Below the pieces are notes generated by a model. It ran no database searches. It was not told the DNA's origin and saw only the letters and a list, made by a program, of their open reading frames with translations. 64,000 bases of DNA from Ranitomeya imitator (taxonomy: Eukaryota): the NCBI RefSeq assembly GCF_032444005.1, contig NC_091291.1, positions 129,952,001-130,016,000 on the forward strand, in the 5' to 3' direction. How positions within the stretch are numbered: the first letter of the stretch is position 1; every line of letters starts with the position of its first letter. The position numbers and the translations under genes were made by a program. Below, piece by piece: positions 46,924 through 60,246 of the stretch.

Positions 46924-48198
46924 CAGTGAGGGAAAAAAAGTATTTAGTCAGCCACCAATTGTGCAAGTTCTCCCACTTAGAAAGCTGAGAGAGGCCTGTA
47001 ATTGGCATCATAGGGAGACCACAACTATGAGAGTCAAAATGAGAAAACAAATCCAGAAAATCACCTTGTCTGATTTGTCACTATTTTTTTTGCAAATTAT
47101 GGTGGAAAATAAGTATTTGGTCACCTAAAAACATGCAAGATTTCTGGCTCTCACAGACCTGTAAGGCTTCTTTCACTTCCGTTTTTACAATCTGCACAGG
47201 ATCCGTCAAAATGTCGAAATGACGGATCCTGTGCAGATTGTAAAAAACAGGTGCACTGGGCCCGTTTTTCTGACGGACCCGTCTAGGCTATGTGCACCTG
47301 TTGTGTATGCGTCTTCGCAGCGGTTTTCCACTGCATAAACACATACACAACAAAACCCAGGTTAAAAATATTTTAAAAAATTAAAGAAAAAATCACAATA
47401 TTCTCACCTTCCGACATCCCGCACAGCGTTACCGATGCTCCCGGCAGCTAGCGTTTCCAGTAATGCCTTGCGTGCAATGACCTCTGATGACGTGCGGTCT
47501 CGCGAGACCACGGCATCATCGGGTCATTTCGCAATGCATCGGTAACGCTGGGCGGAATGCCGGAAGGTAAGAATATTGTGATTTTTTTATATATTTATTT
47601 TTTTAACATTATATCTTGTTACTATTGATGCTGCATAGTCAGCATCAATAGTAAAAAGAGAGAGCGAGCGAGAGATAATTTCCCGGACTGGAAATTCTTC
47701 TAGGCATGCTCAGTTTCAAAAGACGGAACGCGTTGCTGGATTCCTGCTTTTGACAGTCAGCGACGGATCCTGCGTCCATAGGCTTCCATTATAGCCAACT
47801 ACGGACAGCGCAGGACCCGTCACTGAACGATTTTCCGACACGCAGAAAAAAACGTTCCTCTGAATGTTTTCTCCGCGCCGACGGACAGCGATTTTCCGAC
47901 GGATCCAGTGCACGACGGATGAAACGGATGGCCATCCCTCACAATCCGTCGCTAATAAAAGTCTATGGGAAAAAAACAGGATCCAGCAGAAAAATTTGCT
48001 GGATCCTGTATTTTCAAAAATCGACGGATTTCGACGGGAGCTAAAAGACGGAGGTGTGAAAGAGGCCTAACTTCTTCTTCTTTAAGAGGCTCTCTGTCCT
48101 CCACTCTTTACCTGTAGTAATGGCACCTGTTTGAACTTATCAGTACAAAAGACGCCTGTCCACAATTGGTGGCTGACTAAATACTTTTTTCCCCACTG
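46924..48198. mobile_element. Internally deleted Tc1-like transposon
   Basis: TA|CAGTGAGGGAAAAAAAGTATTTAGTCAGCCACCAATTGTG ... CACAATTGGTGGCTGACTAAATACTTTTTTCCCCACTG|TA; no transposase. Confidence 0.9.
47165..48067. mobile_element. PIF/Harbinger-type MITE nested in the Tc1
   Basis: TIRs GGCTTCTTTCAC / GTGAAAGAGGCC with a TAA target duplication (47162-47164 and 48068-48070). Confidence 0.85.
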
Positions 48199-48200
48199 TA

Positions 48201-48946
48201 TGTAGCACTGGCATCCAGCATGCTGCCCATCTACCCGGCAGGGACGCCAACTCACTCACTACTGCGGCCCCTGTCCTGCACTTCCTTTTCCTTCCTCGTC
48301 AGCTGCTGCCCATGGTGCAGGCACTGTGCTTAGGGTGCGCTCTCCTTCCTTCTTAAAAGGGCCGCATGCGCCGTCCTAAAGTGTCCCCAGCCAATAGCTG
48401 GGAAACACTTATTATTTAAGGCACCTCCACCTACATGGAGGTGCCTGTGCAATGTTGTTAGTCTGTTCCCAAACACGCTTGCAAGTTCTCAGGTCCCTGT
48501 CCACCAGTATTTTTCCGTTCCTAACCTCCTTGCTAGAACTTGCCTTGTCAGTCTGTATAACAGCCGAACCTGCCTGCACCTACCGTATCAGTCTGTATAA
48601 CAGCCGGATCTACCTGCACCTTCTGTGCCAGTCTGTATAACAGCCAAATCTACCTGCACCTTCTGTGCCAGTCTGTATAACAGCCGGACTTGCCTGCACA
48701 TGCCATGCCAGTATGTATATCAGCTGGACCACTACGCACCTGCCAGGGCCTGCCTGCATCAGCTGTCCTTTCCCTCAGGGCCATTCCAGCTGCCAGTCCC
48801 TTGGGGGTCAGCTGCTGTGCGTCCATGGTCTGTCCTGGAGTGGCACCTGGTGTCCATCTAGAGCCAAGTCTAACCTCACCATCAGGGGCTCTAGTGAAGA
48901 GTCAGGCACTTACCTAGTCACGTCCCTTCATGGCACTCCCATTACA
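48201..48946. mobile_element. Solo LTR (746 bp) with short internal tandem repeats
   Basis: TGTAG...TTACA. The 5-bp TSD ATTTA is recoverable at 46919-46923 and 48947-48951 once the Tc1 is removed. Confidence 0.75.
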
Positions 48947-49115
48947 ATTTACACGGCAAATCTACCCATCAGTCCTCCTGCGCTCCTTGCAAGGGCAGAT
49001 GCATGCTGTATGGAGGCCCACAATAAATGATAAGGTCCTCGTACAGACGGCAGCACATACCGCTGACACAAGGACCGACGATGATTATATAGTAGATGGA
49101 TCATGAGCATCTTAC

Positions 49116-49145
49116 CTGCAATAGTATCGTCGGCCGAAAAGTGAT
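49116..49145 (-). CDS. CD3E: CD3E small exon (DHFSADDTIA)
   Basis: Strong acceptor tttgtgtttcag and donor CAG|gtaaga; 30 nt, phase 1-1; completes the signal peptide and an acidic N-terminus. Confidence 0.7.
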
Positions 49146-50644
49146 CTGAAACACAAATGAACACATTCTGTCACATAATAATATATGAGTGAACGCTTAT
49201 CCCATCTGAGCCCACATCTTAATAAATGATCCAAAAAGTAATGCAATATCTGATAATTGTCAGATCAGCTGTGAAATATTCCCTACGTCTTCTAAAAAAT
49301 AAAGATTATTTTCCAAGTTATATACGGAAAAGCAAAATAAAGAGTTGGACAAAATATTTTGGTGTAAATGTTTCAAACTTTTTCCGTAACGTTTATCCAT
49401 TATTACTTCTATTTATGTTCCATTTTTGCTGGTGGAATGTTCGCATTCAATAAGATCATTTTGGGATCACATTTTAAACTTTTTCAATTTCAATATATAG
49501 ACAGATTATTATTTCTTATTATTATCCTTTTTTTTATTATTTATAATTCTACCTTGACACAGATTGGAGAAAACTTATTGGATCAGGAGGCTCATTTCAG
49601 TCTCTTATAGGGAGAAGAAGACAATTATCGTCCTTCTAACGGATTTTTAGATGGATCGACCTTGGCACTATCTAAGCACCGTTCGATTATACAGAAGTCG
49701 ATCAGCCTCTTTACACAGACTGACGGACATTTGTGCAAATGGTTAATATGATCGCTCTATCCCCATACGGTATTATGTTTTCGGCAGCACATTTTTGCTT
49801 ACAAAGGATGATGTGCTGCCGATAAATATGAAGTTTATGCTGGCATAAACAATCTGAACTCCTGACCATCAAGCTTTTTTTTTTTTGCTCATCCGGTGAT
49901 CACGGACAAGTTTACGTGTCGATTATTATTATCGGCTCGTCTAAGTGGGATTTTAGAATGTTCAATAGTTTACAATTAAATCCTTTGGTTTTAAGAGGAG
50001 CCGTCATCTCTTCCTCTCTCCTTTAAAAAAAAAAACCATGAATACTCTCATTACTATTGGGGAGTCAGAAGAAATCGCTGTTGACAGTGTCGGACTGGAG
50101 GGCGAAGGACCCACCAGTACCATTAACACTGGGAGCCCACTGTTCATCTACATGCAAATTTTAGATTATCCTCATTCGCAAATATACCAATATACCTATT
50201 CTTCTCTAGAATAATAGACTGCGTAGTTCGTTGAATGAGAAGATGCCAACTTTATTTATATATGGTGAATCAAGAATATTGTGACAACTCCGGCAAAGAG
50301 GCCTACCAGGTCATTTACCTGTTGGCCTGTGGGCCAGTCCTAGCCTGACTGTTGGCTAAATCTCTTGTACATGGGCGCCTTAAGAAAAGAACACCTACAT
50401 CTTGATGTAGTTTGTTTATTTGATATATTGTGAAAGCAAAAGCTTCTTTAATGGGGTTTCCCATATATGAACATCCCATATATATGCCCTAGAGGTGTAT
50501 GAAGATTTCAGCTTCCAGTAACCCTGTTTTCCAAATTACCAAATGTCCACTGAAGTTCATAAAGAAGTGGTGATTCTTCCGCGCGACTATCTCCTTTAAA
50601 GTTCATGGGAGTTGCAGAAAAATGTAATTCTTATGTGGTATATC

Positions 50645-50685
50645 CTGATGAAGGAGTTCTTTGAAACTCAAAAACGCGTTGAATA
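50645..50685 (+). ncRNA. Decayed Penelope-type hammerhead motif
   Basis: CTGATGA-A-GGAG(ttctttgaaa)CTC-AAAAACGCGTT; the essential GAAA is mutated and stem I is weak. Confidence 0.4.
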
Positions 50686-51319
50686 AAGACCACTTTTAAT
50701 AATACCTTTGGACTAAAATGATTCAGCAATGCAAAATTTGACCACGTTCTCCTATATAGAAACATTGAAGCAAGACGTGCCTGTCCAAACCAAGAGGGTT
50801 AATAAAATTGTCATAAAGTCACACATACAAACATAGGCTTCTTAATGAAATATTTGGGTGAAAATAAGTCAGTAAATTAGTATAGAGCGAATTCCCACCT
50901 CTACGTACTCCTCAACCCCTTACATGAAGTTTCAGGTTTCTCAGAAGAGAAGGGGAAGTAATTCCAAGAAACCTGACTATGATCATACTGGCAGTTGTGG
51001 TAAACTGGGAAATCTAGAAGATAGAAAAATCACTCAAAGATGTAGCCGATGAGCTTTATGGTATTTTAAGCTTTCTCTGAAAAGTGTTTTCCTCCTTTGA
51101 TCCATTGAGTAAAAAAAAACAAAAAAACGAGGCACTAGAAAGCATTCATAGTTTTTGGCCTTGGAGATATAAAGGAGCTGTGGACACAAATGATAGCACA
51201 TTCTTAGTGGAGACCATTGTTTTTAAGTTTTTGTCAAAGAGTTGTGTTAAACATTTTGTCTTTTGGGGGATCTGGGTACGGAGACCCCAACAATCTCTAA
51301 AACAAAGGGACAGAAGCAC

Positions 51320-51850
51320 TTAAAGGGAACTTGTCACCTGAATTTGGCGGGACCGGTTTTCGGTCATATGGGCGGAGTTTTCTGGTGTTTGATTCACCCT
51401 TTCCTTACCCGCTGGCTGCATGCTGGCCGCAATAATGGACTGAAGTTCATTTTCTGTCCTCCGTAGTACACTCCTGCGCAAGGTAATCTTGCCTTGCGCA
51501 CACGCAGTATGCTTTGCCCAACTGCGGGCAAAACCGAAAAGCATTAGTGTGCATGTGCCGGCGCACTATGTCCCGAAACACAGCTAAATACTTCCGGGAC
51601 ATAGTGCGCTGGCGCATGCGCACTAATGCTTTTTGGCTTTCCCCGCAGTTGGGCAAAGCACACTGCGCGTGCGCAAGGCAACATTGCCTTGCGCAGGCGT
51701 GTACTATGGAAGACAGAGAATGAACTTCAATCCAATATTGCGGCCAGCATGCAGCCAGCGGGTAAGGAAAGGGTGAATCAAACACCCGAAAACTCCGCCC
51801 ATATGACCGAAAACCGATCCCGCCAAATTCAGGTGACAGGTTCCCTTTAA
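51320..51850. mobile_element. T2/Kolobok-type palindromic MITE
   Basis: TTAAAGGGAACTTGTCACCTGAATTTGGCGGGA ... CCCGCCAAATTCAGGTGACAGGTTCCCTTTAA; almost the whole element is an inverted repeat. Confidence 0.88.
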
Positions 51851-53232
51851 AGTTAGGTCTATACATGTCTCATGCAACAAAGAAGCTTGGACAAGTCTTG
51901 TGGCTGAAAAACAACTTGCCTCAACTTTTTTTTCGAGCTGTGATTTCAATGTGAGTCAACAGTAACTTTTTTCCCTAATTTCCACTATCATATCCCCTCT
52001 GTGGAATAATTCCCACTCTTGTCCTTCAAGTGCATGAGAACACGTTGGGCACCCATGACCCTGTCACCAGGTGTCCTTCCATGGACCATTCTTAGTAGCT
52101 ATTAACCATACAAGGAACATCCCAAAAAACCTGTTTAAAATAAGTTTATCCTTCCATATATGTATTTAATATTTGACCGTAGACATATCCTATAGAGTTA
52201 TATAAAAAAAGTTTATCAGCAGTTTAGGAAGATGAATTTTCTTTTTGTCGCAGTAAATTTTGTCATCTTATTGTTTTGCGAATTTGTCTTATTGCTTAGA
52301 AAAGAAAAAAAAAAACAAAGTTACAAAAAATGAACATTAAAGAAAGAAACATACAAGAAGAACATGATATAAAATGACAAAGAACCCGTTCACATATATA
52401 ACATGGTTCTTGTACTTTTATATTATGTTCTTCTTGTATATTTCTTTCTCTAATCTTCTTTTTTTTTTACTTTGTTTTATGTTTTTCCAAGTGATCAAAC
52501 AAGTTCACGAAGCAATAAGACAAAAAAGTATATAATATTGTTTTGTTTGTTTTTTTAAACAGCTAATTAGAAATTTAAGTCATACTAAAAATCCAATAGT
52601 TAATAGTTAGAAAACATTTTTATTTTGCAGGTTATTTATTTAATTTGTATATTAGACATTAAAAAAGAGACATTAAAATCAAAACGAGCAAATTGTGACA
52701 AAACCAAAATTGAGGTCTGGAAATTGCTAGTTTCCTGGATAATATGGATCAGGTGCAATAAAGTAATAAAACTGGCCTAAGAAATGTACTTATAAATTAA
52801 TGGACTTATTTACGGGTTGTATATTTTTTAATCTTTTTATTTACAAAAATATCATTGTATTTTAATAAAGAAAAAGGGAAACTTTTTTTTTCTTAAGTTT
52901 CTTAACTTCTTACGTTAATTTCAGCTTCTGGCAAAGAAAAAAAAATAGTAATGGCAACACAGGTCTTAACTAGTCAAGAATTGTGAAAGGTAAAAACATA
53001 TATATATTACCAAATGTTATGTGTTAGAACATATTATTAAGAGATACAACCTGCCCATAGATCAAGCTGAACAAATATGCAGCCTGTCGCAAGTACCACT
53101 ACATTTTTACTGCAGCCTTTACGGCACACATCTGTGATTGAGATATATACTTTTTATTCTTTAAATATATTGTATTTCTTATTTTTTTCTGCTATATTTG
53201 AATGACGTTTTAGGACTCATCTGTTTACTCAC

Positions 53233-53281
53233 CAACACAAAGTCCAACCAACAGCAAAGAAAGTATGACCCTCGGACTCAT
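53233..53281 (-). CDS. CD3E: CD3E signal-peptide exon (MSPRVILSLLLVGLCV)
   Basis: ATG, hydrophobic core and G|gtgagt donor; 49 coding nt, phase 1, same length as recalled for human CD3E. Confidence 0.85.
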
Positions 53282-53600
53282 CGTATACAACTTTTTGTTT
53301 CGAACAGTGATGTGAATTGATCCAGTATTCCTTACGGCCAGCTATTTTTCTATTTTCCTTGCGTATTTTCTTCTTTTCACATTTCTCTACTTTCTGTTTG
53401 CTGAACTGAATCTCTTTGATGTGTCAATCTCCTTGTCTTTGGGCTTCCTGTCTCTCGGAGGGGCATTGCTTCTCCTCCCCTCTTCTAGATCACTCTACCA
53501 CCCCTATCTACACAATTCGCATTACGAACACTTCACCTGCACTTCTCATATACGCGCAATACTAAAACCCACAGTTACAACCACATAGATTTTCCGATGC
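53282..53600 (-). promoter_or_regulatory. Putative CD3E promoter or 5' region with T-cell factor motifs
   Basis: TCF/LEF CTTTGATGT (53414-53422), ETS CTTCCTGT (53444-53451), E-box CACCTG (53534-53539), RUNX AACCACA (53579-53585). Motif evidence only. Confidence 0.45.
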
Positions 53601-54009
53601 CATTTTTTAAAAATAGGTCTTTCCGGAATCAAAAAGCAACAAACGCTGCATAAGCAGGCCCTCCGAAAAACTCACCACCAATTACTAAGCCATAGATTTT
53701 CGTAGCATTCTTTTATTTACTGCCTCCCAATTGAGATTGATTTACTTTAAAGAGGTTAACCAATTTCTGCAAAAGAAAGAAAAAAACAACAGCGAATAAG
53801 GAAACACAAAATAAACACTACTCACATATTCAAACACCCTGAAGATCCAATGCACACACTCCGGAGGTCCACCCGGTCTTTGTTTGCAAGCAGTCAACAT
53901 GTGACGACAGCCTAGAACTGATAAAGAGATTTCACTAGGCTAAAATCCTTGTGATTTATCATTATCCTTTTGGTTAGCAATTAAAAGTGATCATCAGCTG
54001 ATACCTGTA

Positions 54010-54798
54010 TGTGGCACCCCAGGAGTCCGGTTGCCACATTGACATTGCCTCCCTCACAGGAAGTAATGTCATGCCTGGAAGCAAGGAGGGGTTCCCTTAC
54101 CAGGTGTCAGTAGGAGAGAAGTAGAGCAGAACCTGAGGAGTGGAGCTGTGATTAAACTCGCCCCAGAGCTGAGTGCTAGGGACCTGATACCAGAGTCCGT
54201 GTTTGCGTGGGTACTGAAGTCCAGGCAGCTATATCCAGAGGGCAGGGGACTGCAGGTCTCCTGGTCCGATCTAATACCCAGTGGCACAGCAGCATACCAG
54301 AACCTGGAGCCGACACAAAGGAGCAGCACCTGTGATAGGCTCGAGCTGCCTGCCATGCGGGCAACAGTTTGTTTTTAAAAACAGAGAGACAGCAGCAGGA
54401 GGGTTTGCTGTTAGGCAGCAAGAAAAAAGGGAGGACAGCGCAGAAGGAAGGCCTCTGTACCGACCTGGCCAGTTGTATCCAAAATTGCTTCCATGCTGCC
54501 CGGCTCTCCATCACGATCTGTTACCAGTGCCACGATCTGTTACCAGTGCCCCGCTCTGTACTATCAACCATAAAGTAAAGGAAAAGAAAACTACAGCCCT
54601 TGTGTCCTCCAGTGATCTCTTGCATCCTGAGTCCTGCACTACAAGGTACACGAAGCCTGATATAAACAGAATCGGTAGCCCTGGGGCCCCGCTCCACCTG
54701 TTGGGAGCAGAACCATCCCAGCTGCATCACCATGAGCCCCAGTGGTCTCCTTCAGCAGCTTCAGCCCTCCGTTGCCAAACACCACAGGTGGCGTCACA
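54010..54798. mobile_element. LTR-like remnant
   Basis: TGTGGCACCCC ... GGCGTCACA ends; no TSD found. Confidence 0.45.
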
Positions 54799-54823
54799 TT
54801 AAATCCCATATACATATTCCCTG

Positions 54824-55182
54824 GTTACGCTGGTGGGCGAGGACCCACTGTGCCACGGGTTGAGATTACCCCGGAGGGGTGTAACTAAGCGACTACCTGG
54901 TTCTTCACTAGAGCCTCTGATGGTGAGGTTAGGCTTGAGCTGAAGGTAACTGCCAGATACCACTCCAGGGCTGATACTGCATCAGGTGGCCTCAATGGTC
55001 CGGGAGGCAAGTACAGACTCGGAGTGTCAGGCAGGACAGAATCAGGATCACAGGCAGTATGGATACTGGTGCTGTTTCAGACAGTACGGGTTCAGGTTCG
55101 GACAGAACGGGTTTAGGTTTGTGATCACTGGACAGGTACTGGTACAGAATCGAACAACGGGGTCAGGAACAGGAACCTGACA
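54824..55182. mobile_element. Second LTR-like remnant
   Basis: GGTTACG ... CCTGACA ends with CAGG-rich internal repeats; no TSD found. Confidence 0.35.
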
Positions 55183-55945
55183 ACGAACTAGTAGGCTGCA
55201 CATAGCCTAAAATGTTTTTCTAAATAAAAAATGCTGTAAAAAAAGCACCGCGCCATGGATGTTAGCTGTGTTTTCCTATTGAAATGAATAAGAAGCTTAT
55301 TCAAAGAGTATTTGAAGATGTTTTTATTTGAGTTTTGGAGCAGAATTCGCTCCAAAATGCACATAAAAGATACCCTGTGTGAAGACGTCTTTAGGCCCAG
55401 TATAACATGTCCGTGGCACGTGGACCATACTCGGATCAGAAGACCTGGACAACTCCCGTAAATACCGACTGGGATTAACTGCCTCTCATAGGCAGTGTGA
55501 AACCGGCCCAAGGCAGAAGTCATAAAAATGGCAAAAATAAGTTCCCGCACTAATTTCACAATGGGTGTGATGAGACGTGGAATTGTGGTTGCCAGTGCCC
55601 ACACCACCAAGTAATAATGTCCACCCCAAAACAAAAAAAAGTTAACATTGAAAAGTTTTTAATGCCTTCTAAAAAAAAGAGAAAATGAAAAAATGTCCCC
55701 TAATTAATCTTTAAAACAAATAATGCCTCCTTTAGAACTTTTTGATTTCAACTTGGTGTCCTATTAGATGTAATTATGACTGTAAAACTAATAATGCCAC
55801 TCATTGCAAGAAAGTAAAGTTTATACTCTCTTAATCTGAGCGCCCGAGTGTTGTTCTCCTCCCCGTGCACAAAGTGGGCCTGGCACAGGTGGCACAATGC
55901 AGTGACATCATTGCACCGCCTGCGCGGGGACGCTGACATCTCTAA

Positions 55946-56763
55946 GGCTACTTTCACACTTCCATGTTTATAAAGACGTTGCAATGCGTCGTTCTGTGCA
56001 AAATACGCATCCTGCAAAGTTGCCCGCAGGATGCGTTTTTTGCACATGGACTTGTATTACCGACGCATCGCGACGTATGGACACACGTTCCATACGTCGT
56101 GCACTGGATGCGTTGGTAATTGGTGGACCGTCGTCACAAAAAAAAATTAATGTAACTTTTTTTGTGCAACGCATCCGCCATTTTCAACCGCGCATGAGCG
56201 GCTGAAACTCCTCCCCCTCCTCCCTGGAACTCATAATGGGCAGCGGATGCATCTGAAAACTGCATCCGCTGCCCACGTTGTGCACTATTTTACACAACGT
56301 CCATCGGTACCACGGGCCGATGGTTTGCGACGGCCATGTACCGACGGAAGTGTGAAAGGAGCCTTAGGCTTCTTTCACACTTGCGTCGTCTGGTAGCCGT
56401 TACAATGCGTCGGCACGACGTACCGACGGACGTTGTGAAAATTCGGCACAACGTGGGCAGCGGATGCAGTTTTTCAACGCATCCGCTGCCCATTCTAAAG
56501 TCCCAGGGAGGAGGGGGCGGAGTTCCGGCCACGCATGCGCGGTAGGAAATGCAGGTCAGGACGTACAAAAAAAGTTCCCTTGAACGTTTTTTTGTGATGA
56601 CGGTCCGCCAAAACACGATGCATCCAGTGCACGACGGACGCGACGTTTGGCAATACAAGTCTATGGGGAAAAAAACGCATCCTGCGGGCACATTTGCAGG
56701 ATGCGCTTTTTCCCAAAACGACGCATTGCGACGGAGTCAAACGATGCAAGTGTGAAAGTAGCC
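55946..56763. mobile_element. Two same-family Harbinger-type MITEs abutting in inverted orientation (55946-56363 and 56367-56763)
   Basis: Each has GGCTNCTTTCACAC TIRs. Junctions read TAA, TTA, TTA. The second copy is the reverse-complement homologue of the first. Confidence 0.8.
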
Positions 56764-57620
56764 TTAGGCTGTCAGGATGGAAAGTGTTGGGGCACAGTGC
56801 CTATGGCTCCCGCTCAACCACAGGATACAAATGTCTCGGCATCAAATTGACTCTTGATACAGTATAAGAAGAGCTTGCCCAGAGATTCATCTGAGACATG
56901 TGCACTGCCCCAAATCATGGTGCCAGCGATGCCCCTACTACTTTTTTTTTCTTTTGAAATTTTGGAACCAGGTCAACAACCCCTTGCACTTCCCCAACCC
57001 AAACGTTACTCATCTGTTATCCATATACTATTAGTATAAGGGAAATTTTAAAAATTAATTCACAAACACAAGCCTGACCGGAATACATTAGCACCGGGTC
57101 GTAGAGGTGAAACATTTCAGTAGGCTTTATACGTGGGATTTACGCAGCTGCGATGTCTGAATACCGCCTTGCAAACATCCCTTGATTTTTTTGCACCGAG
57201 TCCAGATAAAATGCATAAAAATCATGTACTCGGTGTCGTCTAAAATAAGCATTTGATTCTTATGTGCTTTATCTGGTTTCACTGTAAACCCGCAGCATTT
57301 CGAGGACTGTTTTGCAAACTTTCCAGGAATTTACAGGCAGTCGACAGCTCCACAAATGAAGAGCTGATTTTTTTTAAATGCTAAATAATCAGTCACCCCA
57401 TACGAATTAGGTGATCCAGCCGAGAACTATGTGGCCAAGTTCCTATGACAAACTATTTCCCAGATTGCATTCAGTCCTTCTCGAGTCCGTCACGCCTGCA
57501 TTTGTCTGTAAGTAGTAACTCCACCCAATGTAATAGGAGCTAGGGCTACAGGTGGGAACACCACTCCCCTGAACCTGTGCAGACATTCCTCTGGAAGGAC
57601 AGGCTTCCAAACTCACAACC

Positions 57621-57675
57621 ATGCCTGCTCTCGGCTCCTTTGGCTTAGCCATCTGGATAGCCCTGGTGGCTGCAG
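57621..57675 (+). CDS. MPZL2: MPZL2 exon 1 (signal peptide MPALGSFGLAIWIALVAA)
   Basis: accATGC start, hydrophobic leader, CAG|gtaagt phase 1; in frame with the exon at 60247. Confidence 0.85.
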
Positions 57676-60246
57676 GTAAGTCCATACAACTTCTCCGTCC
57701 TACCAGTTGAGATCCATGGAAAGAAAAGATTCAAGAACATTCTCGTGAGGTCATTAGCCCAAATAATTGACTTGGGATTATTAACACTATCATTACTCTT
57801 GGGCTCGGCCCTCTACGCTGTGACTCATTGTGGGTAGAGTAGTTGCACTCTGACTATTGGGTGTAGTGGCCAGATTGGAGTCTTGATCGTGGTCGTTGTG
57901 GCCTCTCGTTGTGTTTCTCCTTTCTGACGTCTGTCCGCTGATACGTCTCGTCTTGCCCTTTGCATATACATGTCTAACAGCTGATACGTCAGACAGTTAT
58001 GCAACACGGTGGCTCTAAAAGGGGCCCCCTAGATTGCTTTCTACATTAGAAAACAGAAGTTTCCCAGTTAACGCGTAAGGGGTCCGTTCGGAAAATCGTG
58101 TTGAAGTTGTGCAAAAATTGCGGGTGCAGCTCCGTGTGTTCCCCTGCATCACAGATGGGTGCAAACGCCATGTGCCCTCAGTCAACACAACTAAAGCTAG
58201 CCATGTGTCATCTGCAACACGGGCAAGACTCGTGCACGCCGTGATTTTTTTTTTCGGACACATGTGGCGATTCAAATGGAAAATCGTTCATGTGAACTTG
58301 CACCTCGAATTACGCCGCTCTGTGTGCGACTGACTAAACTTCTGTCCATCTGAACGAAGCACTTTGCCTGTTTTTTACACATATAACACTTACCCGTTAC
58401 AGTCTATTGGCATGTTTTTTTGTGTTTTTTTTTTAGAAAATGTTTTAAAAAAATTTAACTCTACCCCCTCACCACCCTTCAAAAAAGGGGACACGTCTCA
58501 ATGCAAATCAGTGGGTCTGTGAAAAAAAAGAAATGGACAGCACACAGAGGGCATCAATGTGTCTTCTGAGTGCAGTCCGTTGCACTTGGGATATTTTAAT
58601 TTTTTGCATATGTGAAAAAATAGATGCCATAAAATGGATGAAAATCGGATGAAGCACACTGGTGAAAAAAATGGTCCATTTTTCCTTGTATGCAAAAAAA
58701 AATGGGCTTGCTGAACCCAGAATCAGGCTGCTTGCGACCAGCGAAACATTTGCTCCTTTGTATCACGGTCGCCGTTTGCTGCTCATAAGAAATCATAACA
58801 TCCAGCATCGCAACGTGTCCCCATGATTAATACCGCATTGTGCGATACGCGGCACCTTGTCGGGTTTTGTCTGAAATATCTGCAGATCCTGATCTCTGAC
58901 CTGCTGAAATATAGCAATGGGTCAGCGAGGAGGGTGCAGGATATTGGTTAATCTGTGACTCGGGTTAGCTGACCTATTAATTAGATATCGTAGATTTGAA
59001 GCCACGACTTGTCACTCATTATCCAGCTGTACTGGATCTACTCCTGGGGACATCAATTTTTTTTACGAAAGAAAGAAGGAATGTAAAGTATGAGCCTCTG
59101 GTTACGTGGAGGTTTTTGACATCGATTTTTCTGGCGGAAAAATCCACATCTAAAAACTGCTCCCAAAAGGACAGGTTTTGGAAGCACTCGCGTTTTACGC
59201 CATTTTTGTGGCATTTTTTAAGTGTGCTTTTTCATGCTTTTTTCATTACAATATGGCGTTTAGGATGAGTTTGTGTTTTTTGGGAAAAAAAAACAAACAA
59301 AACTTTGCATCAAAAGCTGTAATAAAAACCGTTATTTAAGCTTGGGAAATGTGTTGAAGAATGGACATGAAGCTTTTTTTTGCACTTGTAAAAAAAAAAA
59401 AAAAGCGTGCCATGCACAAAAAAATAAAAAGCTTTTTCTCATTCAAATCAGTGGGAAGCAGATTTGAAGTGTTAATTGATGCAGATTTTAGAGAGGAATC
59501 CATGGCAAAAACCACATAAAAAAACTGTGTCTGTACTGGTAAAGATCTATTTCCTCTCTTTTGTATCCCCTCTTTTTGTGGTTGCCGGACTTACATCCAG
59601 AAATGAAATGTGTGAATCCGGACTAAAGATCTGACACTTGTGACTGGAGGATAATCTGAATCCCATGCATGTGAATAAGGTTTTCGCAGTGGTAAACCCC
59701 TTAAATGACAATGGGGCTAATTCTTGTGCAGATTTCGTGGACACACAGCCTCATATTTGTGGCACAATAGTCTCAGCATGAATTTATGCCGCCTACCACT
59801 AAGGGCAGAGTCACAGTAGGTATTTCTTCACCCGGGCCTAAGGCTATGTTCCCACAGTTGAGTTTTTGATGTTGCCGATTTTCTGCACCCATTAAGTAAA
59901 ATAGGGTATTTACATTTTTTCAAAAATACAAAGTAAAAAGTAAAAAAACTCACCATAAACTCATCGTAGGAACATAGTCTAAGATTTCCCCCCAAAAAAA
60001 CTTGCCATCGCTCCCTCCACCATCAATGAATGGATCCCACTATACAGGGATTCCATTTTAGAAAGAAACCAGGACACCATATTTGCGATGTAGATGACGG
60101 CACAGACACGTGGGAATGTTTTGTATGTGGCAAGCACCGTGGCTAATGTGGGGCGGGCAGGGACACCATTGTTTTTGCGGGTCAGTTGTAACCTGGGTTT
60201 GTGTATCTCCTGTAATTCATAGATATTATTTCGACTTTCCCAACAG

